A DNA stretch of 59,463 bases, counting the filler. It is 6 parts of 6 records of this genome, joined end to end, with 100 filler letters (N's around TTAATTAATTAA, not from the genome) between each part and the next. Parts side by side here need not be neighbours in the genome. Positions count along the whole stretch, not along the records: positions 27,438 to 43,397 come from SRR31156797_20116; 5 more parts are not named here. One strand, 5' to 3'. The notes under the pieces are model-generated. The model had not been told where the DNA came from. It saw only the letters and a program-made list of their open reading frames with translations, and ran no database searches. Both the position numbers and the translations under genes were made by a program. Positions 27,699 through 37,515 of this stretch are shown in pieces. The number at the start of each line of letters is the position of its first letter. Within the stretch, counting starts at the first letter, position 1.

Positions 27699-28577
27699 AT
27701 GAGTACACCCGAAACAAAAAAGAATCTTTTTCAGAAATTACGTAATAAGTATAGGCTGGCCATCTTTAATGAACAAACTTACGAAGAGGTCTGGCGTATT
27801 CGTTTATCCAGACTAAATGTATTTACAGTATTTGGTTCATCTGCCATTATTTTGGTGTTGCTGGTCATTCTCCTGATTGCCTATACTGGTTTACGAGAGT
27901 ATATTCCTGGTTACCCCAATGGAAACGAAAGACTGATGATGGTTAGAAATATTAGCCGTGTGGATTCTCTTATTTACGAAATCAATAAGCGCGATCAATA
28001 CTTAAAGTCTATTCAGGCAGTGGTAAGTGGCGAAGTACCTGAATCAGCCGAAGAGGAAGAGATGTCGGATTCTGCGACAGGCAATGCACAACAAGTTTCT
28101 TTTGAAAAGAGTGATGCAGATAAGGCTTTTAGAGAACATATTGAAGAAGAAGAAAAGTATAATTTGTCTGTTTTAGATAATGGTAAGAAAATCCCGGAAC
28201 TGAATCAGGTATATTTTTATGCACCATTAAAAGGTATTGTTGTTAAAGAATATAAGGATAGTGAAAGACATTTTGGTGTGGATATAGTTTCAAAGCCTGG
28301 TGAAACAGTTCTGTCTATTTTAAGCGGAACAGTAATTTTCTCTGGGTGGACAGTTGAAACAGGTTACACCATGATGATTCAGCATAACAGTGATTTAATT
28401 TCTGCTTACAAGCACAACTCAAGCCTGCTTAAAAAAGCCGGAGATAAAGTTGAAGCCGGTGAGGCCATTGCAAATGTGGGTAACTCAGGAGAACTGACTA
28501 CCGGTCCGCATTTACACTTTGAACTTTGGTATCAGGGTAATTCTGTAAACCCTACCGAATATATAATTTTTGAATAA
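27699..28577 (+). CDS. M23-family metallopeptidase, membrane anchored
   Basis: HFGVD (HxxxD), YKH and TTGPHLHFE (HxH); N-terminal TM helix. Confidence 0.92.
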   Translation: MSTPETKKNLFQKLRNKYRLAIFNEQTYEEVWRIRLSRLNVFTVFGSSAIILVLLVILLIAYTGLREYIPGYPNGNERLMMVRNISRVDSLIYEINKRDQYLKSIQAVVSGEVPESAEEEEMSDSATGNAQQVSFEKSDADKAFREHIEEEEKYNLSVLDNGKKIPELNQVYFYAPLKGIVVKEYKDSERHFGVDIVSKPGETVLSILSGTVIFSGWTVETGYTMMIQHNSDLISAYKHNSSLLKKAGDKVEAGEAIANVGNSGELTTGPHLHFELWYQGNSVNPTEYIIFE

Positions 28578-28596
28578 ACAGACTAGCCGCGAAGAT

Positions 28597-29751
28597 ATGA
28601 AGAAAAGGATTGCGGTGTTGGGTTCAACCGGATCAATAGGAACTCAGACTTTAGACGTAATATCCAAACATCCAGATAAATTTGAAGTTGAAGTTTTAAC
28701 TGCCAACAACAGGGTTGGTAAACTCATTGAACAATGTAGAGCTTTCCATCCCAATACGGTTGTTATTGGAAATAAAGATAAGTACCAGCAATTGCAGGAT
28801 GCCTTGGAAGATTTGCCTATTAAGGTTTATGCCGGGGAGGAAGCTATTGATCAGGTAGTTGAAATGGGGACAGTGGATGTGGTACTTACAGCCATGGTTG
28901 GGTTTTCAGGTTTAAAGCCAACGATTAATGCCATACAGGCAGGAAAGCCCATTGCATTGGCAAATAAAGAAACACTGGTAGTAGCCGGGGATATAATAAC
29001 CGCATTAGCGGCTCAAAAGAAAGTGCCAATTCTACCCGTCGACTCTGAACATTCAGCTATATTTCAGTGTTTGATAGGTGAGTTTCAAAATCAGATTGAA
29101 AAGATTTATCTAACCGCTTCAGGAGGACCATTTAGAGGAAAAAAGAAAGACTTTTTGGCCAAAGTTTCTCCTGAGCAGGCATTGAATCACCCTAATTGGG
29201 AAATGGGAAATAAAATCACCATTGATTCCGCTAGTATGATGAATAAAGGTTTGGAGGTGATTGAAGCGCGTTGGTTATTTGGTTTGGAACCAGATCAGAT
29301 TGATGTAATTGTGCATCCGCAGAGCATTATTCATAGTATTGTTCAATTTACGGATGGATCCATGAAAGCTCAGATGGGGCTTCCGGATATGCGATTACCT
29401 ATTCAGTATGCATTAACGTATCCGGAAAGGTTTGCTGTAGATTTTCCGAGGTTTAATTTTTTAGATTATCCGAGTTTGACTTTTGAAAAGCCTGATATGG
29501 AATCATTTAAAAATCTCGCTATAGCTTATGAGGCAATGAGAAAAGGAGGGAATATGCCTTGTATTATTAATGCGGCCAACGAAATTGTGGTGCAAGGATT
29601 CTTAGAGAATAAGATTGGCTTTTTAGAAATGTCTGAGGTAATTGAAAAAACAATGCATAAAGCCTCATTTATCCCAAAGCCAAGTATAGATGATTATTTT
29701 GAAACGGATATGGAAGCCAGAAAAATAGCACAGTCCTTAATAGGGATATAA
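28597..29751 (+). CDS. dxr: 1-deoxy-D-xylulose-5-phosphate reductoisomerase
   Basis: LGSTGSIGTQ, LANKE, PVDSEHSA, TASGGPF, HPNWEMG, NKGLE. Confidence 0.97.
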   Translation: MKKRIAVLGSTGSIGTQTLDVISKHPDKFEVEVLTANNRVGKLIEQCRAFHPNTVVIGNKDKYQQLQDALEDLPIKVYAGEEAIDQVVEMGTVDVVLTAMVGFSGLKPTINAIQAGKPIALANKETLVVAGDIITALAAQKKVPILPVDSEHSAIFQCLIGEFQNQIEKIYLTASGGPFRGKKKDFLAKVSPEQALNHPNWEMGNKITIDSASMMNKGLEVIEARWLFGLEPDQIDVIVHPQSIIHSIVQFTDGSMKAQMGLPDMRLPIQYALTYPERFAVDFPRFNFLDYPSLTFEKPDMESFKNLAIAYEAMRKGGNMPCIINAANEIVVQGFLENKIGFLEMSEVIEKTMHKASFIPKPSIDDYFETDMEARKIAQSLIGI

Positions 29752-29812
29752 TCAGATTGTAAATAGCAAAAAAGGAATATATTTGTAGCTTAAATTTTTG
29801 AAAATAATATAA

Positions 29813-31132
29813 ATGGATATAGTAATTAAAGCAGGTCAGCTGCTATTAAGTCTTTCAATATTAGTAATATTACACGAATTTGGTCATTTCTTTTTTGCCA
29901 AATTATTTAAAACAAGAGTAGAGAAGTTTTATCTGTTTTTTGATCCTTGGTTTTCTTTGTTTAAAGTAAAGAAAGGTGATACTGAATACGGAGTAGGTTG
30001 GCTTCCATTAGGAGGATATGTAAAAATATCCGGAATGATTGATGAATCGATGGATAAAGAAGCCATGCAGGAAGAACCTAAGCCATATGAGTTCAGATCA
30101 AAACCGGCATACCAACGTCTATTAATTATGATTGGAGGAGTGTTGGTTAACTTTCTTTTGGCCTTCTTTATTTTTTGGATGGTTTTATTTAAATGGGGAG
30201 AAGCTTATATTGATGTTCAAGATGCTAAGTTTGGACTGGCATTTCATCCATTAGCGCAGGAAATTGGTTTGCAGGATGGAGATATTGTAACTAAGGTTGA
30301 TACATTTAAAGTACAGTCAGCTTCAGATATTGCATCCTATATTTTACTTGAAGAAGCAAAAGAACTAACTGTATTGCGAGGTGATTCAAGTTTTATTCTG
30401 CCTATTCCTGAAGGTTTTGGTAAGAATGTACTGGATAAGGAAGTTAAAAGTTTGGCAGAGATTAGAATTCCTTTTGTTGTGGATTCGGTACTCCATAATA
30501 GCAATGCCGAGAAAGCCAGGTTACAAGTGGGCGATAGTGTTGTAGCTGTAAATGGCGAATCTGCAAGTTATATTTTTGAAGTAACTTCTGCATTAGCCGC
30601 AAATACCAATAAGAGAGTAACCATTGATGTAATCAGAGATGGCGAAAAAGAGCAGTTACGTTGTTTGGTTGATAAAAAAGGGAAAATTGGAGTTGGATAT
30701 AAAGGTCCTTCAAGATATTTATCCTATACAAAAGTAAGCTATGGATTTTGGGAAGCTTTACCTGCAGGAGTTTCAAAAGGTGTGAATACTTTGGTAGGCT
30801 ATGTGAAACAATTAAAATTAGTTTTCTCAAAAGAGGGTGTTAAGCAAATTGGTGGATTTGGAGCTATTGGAGGATTGTTTCCTCCTGTTTGGGACTGGTC
30901 TGCATTTTGGGGATTAACGGCATTCTTATCTATCATACTCGCTTTTATGAATATTTTACCTATCCCGGCTTTGGATGGAGGTCATGTACTATTCCTATTG
31001 TATGAGATTATTTCAGGAAGAAAACCAAGCGATAAATTTCTGGAGTATGCACAAATCGTTGGCATGGTATTGCTGTTAAGTCTGTTGGTTTTTGCCAACG
31101 GAAATGATATATTTAGGTGGATAAGCAAATAA
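29813..31132 (+). CDS. rseP: RIP metalloprotease RseP
   Basis: HEFGH, two PDZ-like regions, NILPIPALDGG; follows dxr. Confidence 0.95.
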   Translation: MDIVIKAGQLLLSLSILVILHEFGHFFFAKLFKTRVEKFYLFFDPWFSLFKVKKGDTEYGVGWLPLGGYVKISGMIDESMDKEAMQEEPKPYEFRSKPAYQRLLIMIGGVLVNFLLAFFIFWMVLFKWGEAYIDVQDAKFGLAFHPLAQEIGLQDGDIVTKVDTFKVQSASDIASYILLEEAKELTVLRGDSSFILPIPEGFGKNVLDKEVKSLAEIRIPFVVDSVLHNSNAEKARLQVGDSVVAVNGESASYIFEVTSALAANTNKRVTIDVIRDGEKEQLRCLVDKKGKIGVGYKGPSRYLSYTKVSYGFWEALPAGVSKGVNTLVGYVKQLKLVFSKEGVKQIGGFGAIGGLFPPVWDWSAFWGLTAFLSIILAFMNILPIPALDGGHVLFLLYEIISGRKPSDKFLEYAQIVGMVLLLSLLVFANGNDIFRWISK

Positions 31133-31168
31133 GTGGTTTTTATTTGCTAAATTTGATAAAAAATAAAC

Positions 31169-31363
31169 ATGATGATAGTTAACTCAATTTATTTTGGTGC
31201 TTTTTCAATGTGGCCTGAAGGGGTTGTAATAATTGTTGCGGTATTACTTTTATTTGGAGGTAAAAAAATACCGGAATTAATGAAAGGTCTTGGGCAAGGC
31301 ATGAAAGAGTTTAAAAACGCAAGAAACGAAGAGGCTGATAAATCATCAGATAAAAAAGAATAA
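31169..31363 (+). CDS. tatA: Twin-arginine translocase TatA/TatE subunit
   Basis: [24 protein letters not shown]. Confidence 0.92.
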   Translation: MMIVNSIYFGAFSMWPEGVVIIVAVLLLFGGKKIPELMKGLGQGMKEFKNARNEEADKSSDKKE

Positions 31364-31384
31364 AGAGAATAGATGTAAACATTT

Positions 31385-31420
31385 AAGGGCTGTTTCCCGT
31401 TATAGGGAGCAGCCCTTTTT
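31385..31420 (+). terminator. Rho-independent terminator after tatA
   Basis: AAGGGCTGTTTCCC...GGGAGCAGCCCTT followed by a T-run. Confidence 0.85.
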
Positions 31421-31495
31421 TTGTTGATTTTTGAGTGTAAATTGGTTAACTTATAGAATGTAGTTTATTAGATAGATTATATAAATAGTAAACAT

Positions 31496-31948
31496 ATGAA
31501 GAACTTATTATTAGCCATAGACTTTAAAGAAGGCACTCAAAAATTAGTGAATTTTGCCACTGAATATGCGCAATGTGTCAAGGCAAAATTATGGGTGCTT
31601 CATGTTGCAGCTCCCGAACCTGATTTTGTTGGTTACGAAGTAGGTCCTCAGTATATAAGAGATATGAGAGCTACAGAGCTTAAGGAAGAACACCGGGAAC
31701 TAAAGAAGATATCAGATGGGATTAATTTTAAAGGGATTCAGGCAGAAGGCTTGTTAATTAATGGAGGAACTGTTGAAATGATTGCTGCTGAAATAGAGAA
31801 ATTACATATTGATGCGGTCATTGTTGGGCATCATAAACATGGATTCTGGCATAAGTCATTTTTTGGATGTACAGACACTTCTATTATTGATAAATCAAAA
31901 GTTCCTGTAATTGTAGTGCCCATTGTTAAAAAAGTAGCTATTCTTTAA
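31496..31948 (+). CDS. Universal stress protein
   Basis: MKNLLLAIDF, VLHV, IVGHHKHG...FFG, VPVIVVP. Confidence 0.9.
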   Translation: MKNLLLAIDFKEGTQKLVNFATEYAQCVKAKLWVLHVAAPEPDFVGYEVGPQYIRDMRATELKEEHRELKKISDGINFKGIQAEGLLINGGTVEMIAAEIEKLHIDAVIVGHHKHGFWHKSFFGCTDTSIIDKSKVPVIVVPIVKKVAIL

Positions 31949-32744
31949 TGTTACTTTCCTGAACACCTACAATTTCGCCTTGTTTGTAAGAGGTGGTTTT
32001 AGTTAAATCACCATTCTCATTATAGCTATATTTTTCGCCATCAAACAATTTTCCTTTTACGAAAAATCCTTTCTCTTCTGTCTGACCAGATAGATTAACA
32101 ATTGAGTGATAACCTGTTCCTATAAACTTAGCTGTTGTATTTATACTTTTGTTTTGATCGATATTCTCAACTTTGGCAATTCTTCCATCATTAAAGGTCT
32201 TTTCCTGAATTAAATATCCACCTTCATCATACACCTTAAGGGTTCCTTCTGTCTTCCCTTCTTTCCAAAGCCCTTCGTACATTTTTTTGCCGTTGGCATG
32301 ATAATATATCTGTTCACCTTCACGTTTTCCTTTGTTGTTATAAAACCAATCGTAGGATAATTGTCCGGATTCAAGATAGTACTTGTAACTTCCTTCCCAA
32401 TGATCTATTTGCCAGTTTCCTTCTTCTCTGAGTTTACCAGATTTATAATAAAATTTAGCCAAACCTTTAGCTTCGCCTGCCAGATAGGTAATTTCACTTT
32501 TAATTACTTCGTCCTCAAAATAGCTTGTCCAAACACCTTCCTTAAGATCATTTAGGTAATTACCCTTTTCAATCATTTGATTATCCTTGTAAACAATCCA
32601 CAACCCTTGTTTTAAACCACTGTCGTCTGTATGATTAACGGCAAGTTTGGCATTGTCATCCATCTGATAATTTCCGTATAATGGAATAAATCCGATGCTA
32701 AAAATAATGAGGTAGAATAATATTTTACGAATGTGTGTTGTCAT
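31938..32744 (-). CDS. Exported MORN-variant repeat protein (YwqK-like repeat family)
   Basis: Signal peptide followed by repeated GxWxxYY...G units. Confidence 0.8.
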   Translation of the reverse strand: MTTHIRKILFYLIIFSIGFIPLYGNYQMDDNAKLAVNHTDDSGLKQGLWIVYKDNQMIEKGNYLNDLKEGVWTSYFEDEVIKSEITYLAGEAKGLAKFYYKSGKLREEGNWQIDHWEGSYKYYLESGQLSYDWFYNNKGKREGEQIYYHANGKKMYEGLWKEGKTEGTLKVYDEGGYLIQEKTFNDGRIAKVENIDQNKSINTTAKFIGTGYHSIVNLSGQTEEKGFFVKGKLFDGEKYSYNENGDLTKTTSYKQGEIVGVQESNIKE

Positions 32745-33004
32745 GAAATATGGGTTCCCTAAAATAAAAATAGTGTATGCTTTTATACCTAATTTTGCTC
32801 ATAAGGTTATAATAGAACGGATTATTTTTTTATAGATTTATGGCTTAATAGTGATTTAAAATTGCAACTTTGCATTGAATTTGAAAACACTACCTAAGAA
32901 TCATAAACCTTCACTTTAAAAGAGAGCTGTAATTTATAGTAACCTTTATTCAAATCAGCGAGAATTAAGAACAACCATTCTTACTTATTAAAATACAAAT
33001 ACCT

Positions 33005-35167
33005 ATGGGAGGTAATAAAAAGAAAAAGAAAAGAAGCCGAGGGCTTAAAAAGAATGAAATATTTGGGTTGGTACAAGGTATTTTTACCAATAACCCGAAA
33101 CGAACATATAACTACAAGCAAATTTCTGATATTCTGGGATTAAAAAAAATGACACTAAAGCATACTGTTGTGGAGGTGTTGTACGAATTATTGGAAAATG
33201 GATTTTTAACGGAAGTGGCTAAAGGTAAATTTAAGTTGCTTTCGAGAGGTGCAGTAGTTGTTGGAACAGTAGATTCAACTGCATCAGGAGCGGCATATAT
33301 TGTCCCTAAAGATGGTGATGGAGACGATATTTTTGTGAGTCAGCAAAATCTAAAAAATGCATTAAATGGAGATTTGGTCAAGGTTCAGGTTTTTGCCAAG
33401 AAAAGAAGAAGATCCATTGAAGGTGAAGTGATTGAAGTTTTAGAGAGAAAGCGGGAGACGTTTGTAGGAAGAGTCGAAATTTCCAAAAGTTTTGCCTTTT
33501 TAGTGACGGATAAAAAAGTCATGGTTAAAGATTTGTTTATTCCTCTAACTAAATTAAATGGTGCAAAAAACGGACAATTGGCAGTGGGTAGAATCACTGA
33601 TTGGGATGATTACACGAAAAACCCTTTCGGTGAGATTGTTGATGTTCTTGGTGATGCAGGAGAGCATAATGCAGAGATTCATGCGATTTTAGCTGAGTTT
33701 GACTTACCCTATGAGTACCCGCAAAAAGTAATTGAAGCAGCAGAAAAAATTCCGGAGCAAATTCCTCAGGAGGAAATTAATAAGCGAAGAGATTTTAGGT
33801 CTGTAACCACATTTACTATTGACCCGAAAGATGCAAAGGATTTTGATGATGCTTTATCCATTCAAAAACTGGAGGATGGTTCCTGGGAAGTTGGGGTGCA
33901 TATTGCCGATGTAACACATTATGTGCAGCCTAAAACCGTTATTGATAATGAAGGTTTCGATAGAGCTACTTCAGTTTATTTGGTAGACAGAGTAGTGCCC
34001 ATGTTACCGGAAAGGCTTAGTAATGGAATATGTTCTTTACGTCCGCAAGAGGAAAAATTATGTTTCTCTGTTGTATTTAAATTAGATGATGCAGGTGATT
34101 TGTTAGATACCTGGTTTGGTAAAACTATCATTTATAGTGATAGAAGATTTACTTACGAAGAAGCGCAGGAAATTATAGAGACAGGAGAAGGTGATTTTAA
34201 GGAAGAAGTACTTCAGTTAGATATATTAGCGAAAAAGCTTCGTCAAAGAAGGTTTGCACAAGGTGCTATTTCGTTTGAGAGAATTGAAGTGAAATTCGAA
34301 ATTGATGAAAAGGGTAAACCACTTTCTGTACTATTTAAAGAATCGAAAGATGCCAATAAGCTGATTGAGGAATTTATGTTATTGGCCAATAAAAGGGTGG
34401 CCGAGTTTATCGGAAAAAAGGAAGTAAGTGGAGGAAAAGGAAATAAACCAAAGACTTTTGTCTACAGGGTTCATGATAATCCAGATCCTGATAAGTTTGA
34501 AAATTTTGCGCGTTTTGTCCGTAAGTTTGGATATGAAGCCATGCCTGTTGGTGAGGAAAAAATAAGTTCTTCGATTAACAGATTACTGCAGCAGGTGGAA
34601 GGGAAAAAAGAGCAGAATATCATTGAAACATTGGCTATCAGAACAATGGCTAAAGCATCTTATTCTACAAATAATGTAGGTCACTATGGTTTAGCATTCA
34701 GACATTATACGCATTTTACTTCACCAATTCGTCGATACCCGGATATGATGGTACATCGCTTGTTGGAATCATACTTGGACGGAGGAAGGTCAGTAAATCC
34801 TGAGAAAACGGAAGATCAGTGTAAGCATTGTTCTAAAATGGAGCTGACAGCTGCCGAAGCAGAAAGAGCTTCTATAAAATACAAGCAGGTGGAGTTTATG
34901 AAAGAACATCTTGGGACAACATTCTCTGGTGTTATCTCAGGTGTTACAGAGTGGGGTTTTTATGTGGAATTAGATGAAAACAAATGTGAAGGAATGGTAT
35001 CTATCCGAAATCTGGAGGATGACTATTATCGATTTGACGAGGATAATTACTGCATTGTAGGAAGACGATACAAAAAGAAGTATCAACTGGGTGATCCCGT
35101 TAATGTTTTAGTGGCGAATGCAAACCTCGTAAAAAAGCAACTTGATTTTGAATTGGTCAGTGAATAA
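33005..35167 (+). CDS. rnr: Ribonuclease R
   Basis: TIDPKDAKDFDDA, HFTSPIRRYPD, C-terminal S1 domain. Confidence 0.96.
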   Translation: MGGNKKKKKRSRGLKKNEIFGLVQGIFTNNPKRTYNYKQISDILGLKKMTLKHTVVEVLYELLENGFLTEVAKGKFKLLSRGAVVVGTVDSTASGAAYIVPKDGDGDDIFVSQQNLKNALNGDLVKVQVFAKKRRRSIEGEVIEVLERKRETFVGRVEISKSFAFLVTDKKVMVKDLFIPLTKLNGAKNGQLAVGRITDWDDYTKNPFGEIVDVLGDAGEHNAEIHAILAEFDLPYEYPQKVIEAAEKIPEQIPQEEINKRRDFRSVTTFTIDPKDAKDFDDALSIQKLEDGSWEVGVHIADVTHYVQPKTVIDNEGFDRATSVYLVDRVVPMLPERLSNGICSLRPQEEKLCFSVVFKLDDAGDLLDTWFGKTIIYSDRRFTYEEAQEIIETGEGDFKEEVLQLDILAKKLRQRRFAQGAISFERIEVKFEIDEKGKPLSVLFKESKDANKLIEEFMLLANKRVAEFIGKKEVSGGKGNKPKTFVYRVHDNPDPDKFENFARFVRKFGYEAMPVGEEKISSSINRLLQQVEGKKEQNIIETLAIRTMAKASYSTNNVGHYGLAFRHYTHFTSPIRRYPDMMVHRLLESYLDGGRSVNPEKTEDQCKHCSKMELTAAEAERASIKYKQVEFMKEHLGTTFSGVISGVTEWGFYVELDENKCEGMVSIRNLEDDYYRFDEDNYCIVGRRYKKKYQLGDPVNVLVANANLVKKQLDFELVSE

Positions 35168-35386
35168 ACAATTTAAAAGAATAGCGAATTTTACTGCTAG
35201 TATATCAATGTCGTATGCCTGACCAATCGACTTTAATTTTCATTGCCTTGCGAAGCGTTATTATAGCTGAAAATTTTTTCGACTCAACATTATTTATTAA
35301 CTTGTAACAAGTATTAACATATAATAAAACTTTTAGTGAAAGGCTATTTTTACATTTGCAAATTATTATAATCCCATTATTACCTT

Positions 35387-35986
35387 ATGACAACAGATAA
35401 TTTGAATTACAATGAATCTGTAAGGATTTCTATTTTAGAAGCTGCGCAGAATTTGTTTGCCAAATTTGGCTACAAAAAGACTACCATGGAAGATATTGCA
35501 ATGGAACTCCATAAAGGAAAAAGTTCATTGTACTATTATTTTAAAAATAAGGAAGAAATCTTTCAGGCAGTTATAGATAAAGAGCAAGGCGTTTTGATAT
35601 CAAAACTGGAGGAAATCGTAAAATCAGAGCAGGCACCTAAAGAAAAGCTTAATGAGTATGTTTTGGTTAGAATGAAAACCATTAGTGAGCAGGATAATTA
35701 TTTTAAGGCTTTAACAGATGATCGTTTTGGAGGTATAGAGTTTGTAAAAGCAGTAAAGGATAGCACCGAAAAAACAGAGGTGCAAATGTTAGAAAGTATT
35801 ATAACTGAAGGTGTAGAGGCAGGTGTATTTCAAATGAAAAATATACACATGGGAGCTGTGGCAATTGCTTTAGCTTTAAAAGGCCTTGAAATACCTATGT
35901 TTCAGTCAGCTAATAGCTATGGAGATACAGTAGAACAAGTACAAAATGTTTTAGACATCTTGTTTTATGGTTTAATAAAGCGGTAA
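35387..35986 (+). CDS. TetR/AcrR-family transcriptional regulator
   Basis: ILEAAQNLF...TTMEDIA...KSSLYYYFKNKEEI. Confidence 0.92.
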   Translation: MTTDNLNYNESVRISILEAAQNLFAKFGYKKTTMEDIAMELHKGKSSLYYYFKNKEEIFQAVIDKEQGVLISKLEEIVKSEQAPKEKLNEYVLVRMKTISEQDNYFKALTDDRFGGIEFVKAVKDSTEKTEVQMLESIITEGVEAGVFQMKNIHMGAVAIALALKGLEIPMFQSANSYGDTVEQVQNVLDILFYGLIKR

Positions 35987-36009
35987 AAAGTCATTGTAAA
36001 TTATATTTT

Positions 36010-36031
36010 AAGGCCGTATTTTACGGCCTTT
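36010..36031 (+). terminator. Hairpin/terminator after tetR
   Basis: AAGGCCGTA-TTT-TACGGCCTT followed by T-rich sequence. Confidence 0.7.
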
Positions 36032-36053
36032 GTTGTTTATTAATTTGTAACAT

Positions 36054-36971
36054 ATGCCTATAAAAATACCAGATAAATTACCGGCGCGTAATGTATTGGA
36101 GAGTGAGAATGTGTTTGTGATGGATGAGTCACGTGCTAATCATCAGGATATCCGACCTTTAAAAATTGTAGTTTTTAATTTGATGCCTTTAAAAATTACA
36201 ACTGAAGCACAAATCATGCGTGTGTTATCCAATACACCTCTGCAGGTCGAGGTTGACCTACTAATGACCCGATCTCATGCCCCTAAAACAACTCCAAAAG
36301 AGCATTTAACCACATTTTATAAAACATTTGATGAGGTTAAAACGCAAAAGTATGATGGTATGATTATTACCGGAGCACCTGTTGAGCATCTTGATTTTGA
36401 TGAAGTGACTTATTGGGAAGAGTTAAAAGAAATCATGGAGTGGGGTAGGCGTAATGTTACCAGTACATTACATATATGCTGGGGAGCTCAGGCTGGTTTG
36501 TATTATCATTATGGTATTCCAAAATATCATTTACAAGAGAAGCTGTTTGGTGTTTTCAATCATACTGTGGTAGATAAAAAAGAACCATTAATGCGTGGAT
36601 TTGATGATGAGTTTTATGCGCCGCATTCAAGGTTTACTGGAGTAAGAAGAAAGGATATTGATAAAGTTTCTGAGTTAAAGATATTGGCAGAATCCGATGA
36701 TGCAGGTGTACATATTGTAATATCCCCGGATAAAAGGTTGATTTTTGTAACCGGTCATGCTGAGTATGATCCTTTAACATTAAGAGATGAATACTTCAGA
36801 GATTTAGAAAAAGGAGATGATATTGCCATTCCTAAAAATTATTTTCCTGAAGATGATACTGCCAATGATCCGGTGGTGAAATGGAGAAGTCACGCCAGTT
36901 TAATGTTTACCAACTGGTTAAATTACTATGTATATCAGGAAACACCATATAATTTTGATGAGATCCATTAA
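36054..36971 (+). CDS. metA: MetA-family homoserine O-acyltransferase, probably acetyl-CoA specific
   Basis: [41 protein letters not shown]. Confidence 0.95.
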   Translation: MPIKIPDKLPARNVLESENVFVMDESRANHQDIRPLKIVVFNLMPLKITTEAQIMRVLSNTPLQVEVDLLMTRSHAPKTTPKEHLTTFYKTFDEVKTQKYDGMIITGAPVEHLDFDEVTYWEELKEIMEWGRRNVTSTLHICWGAQAGLYYHYGIPKYHLQEKLFGVFNHTVVDKKEPLMRGFDDEFYAPHSRFTGVRRKDIDKVSELKILAESDDAGVHIVISPDKRLIFVTGHAEYDPLTLRDEYFRDLEKGDDIAIPKNYFPEDDTANDPVVKWRSHASLMFTNWLNYYVYQETPYNFDEIH

Positions 36972-37059
36972 TCATTTTTTATATAAATATGACATTTTAC
37001 CATGGATAATCATATATTAATGTTTTAAATTTGAACATCATAATTTTAAAAAACTAACA

Positions 37060-37437
37060 ATGAATATTCCTGAAAATTTAAAGTATACAAAAGATCACGA
37101 ATGGGTACTTGTTGATGGAGATAAGGCCACCGTTGGAATTACTGATTTTGCTCAAGGAGAATTGGGTGACATCGTTTTTGTAGAAATTGAAACTGAAGGT
37201 GAAGAATTAGAAAAAGAAGAGGTGTTTGGTACGATTGAGGCCGTTAAAACAGTTTCGGATTTGTATATGCCTGTTGAAGGTACTGTATTGGAAGTGAATG
37301 CAGGTTTGGAAGATGAGCCGGAATTGGTAAATAAGGATCCTTATGAAGGTGGTTGGATGGTTAAAATCCAGGCAAAAGATGCAGCGCAATTTGACGATTT
37401 ATTAAGTGCCGAAGAATATAAAGCCTTGATAAGTTAA
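37060..37437 (+). CDS. gcvH: Glycine cleavage system H protein
   Basis: [15 protein letters not shown], lipoyl site [17 protein letters not shown]. Confidence 0.97.
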   Translation: MNIPENLKYTKDHEWVLVDGDKATVGITDFAQGELGDIVFVEIETEGEELEKEEVFGTIEAVKTVSDLYMPVEGTVLEVNAGLEDEPELVNKDPYEGGWMVKIQAKDAAQFDDLLSAEEYKALIS

Positions 37438-37457
37438 GCTAAAGATAAAATAAAAGT

Positions 37458-37500
37458 AAGGCCTGACTTTGTAAAATTAGTCAGGCCTTTTTTTTTTTTT
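37458..37500. terminator. Terminator between convergent gcvH and glgB
   Basis: AAGGCCTGACT...AGTCAGGCCTT with a long T-run and A-rich upstream flank. Confidence 0.88.
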
Positions 37501-37515
37501 GTGATTTTCAGATCT

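Noticed and set aside
31938-32744. Toxin-antitoxin module suggested by YwqK-like repeats
   Set aside because: The protein has a signal peptide and no adjacent toxin gene; it is better described as a generic MORN-variant repeat protein.
35987-36053. SAM riboswitch upstream of metA (also checked upstream of metY)
   Set aside because: Both leaders are too short and lack SAM-I or SAM-II conserved motifs.
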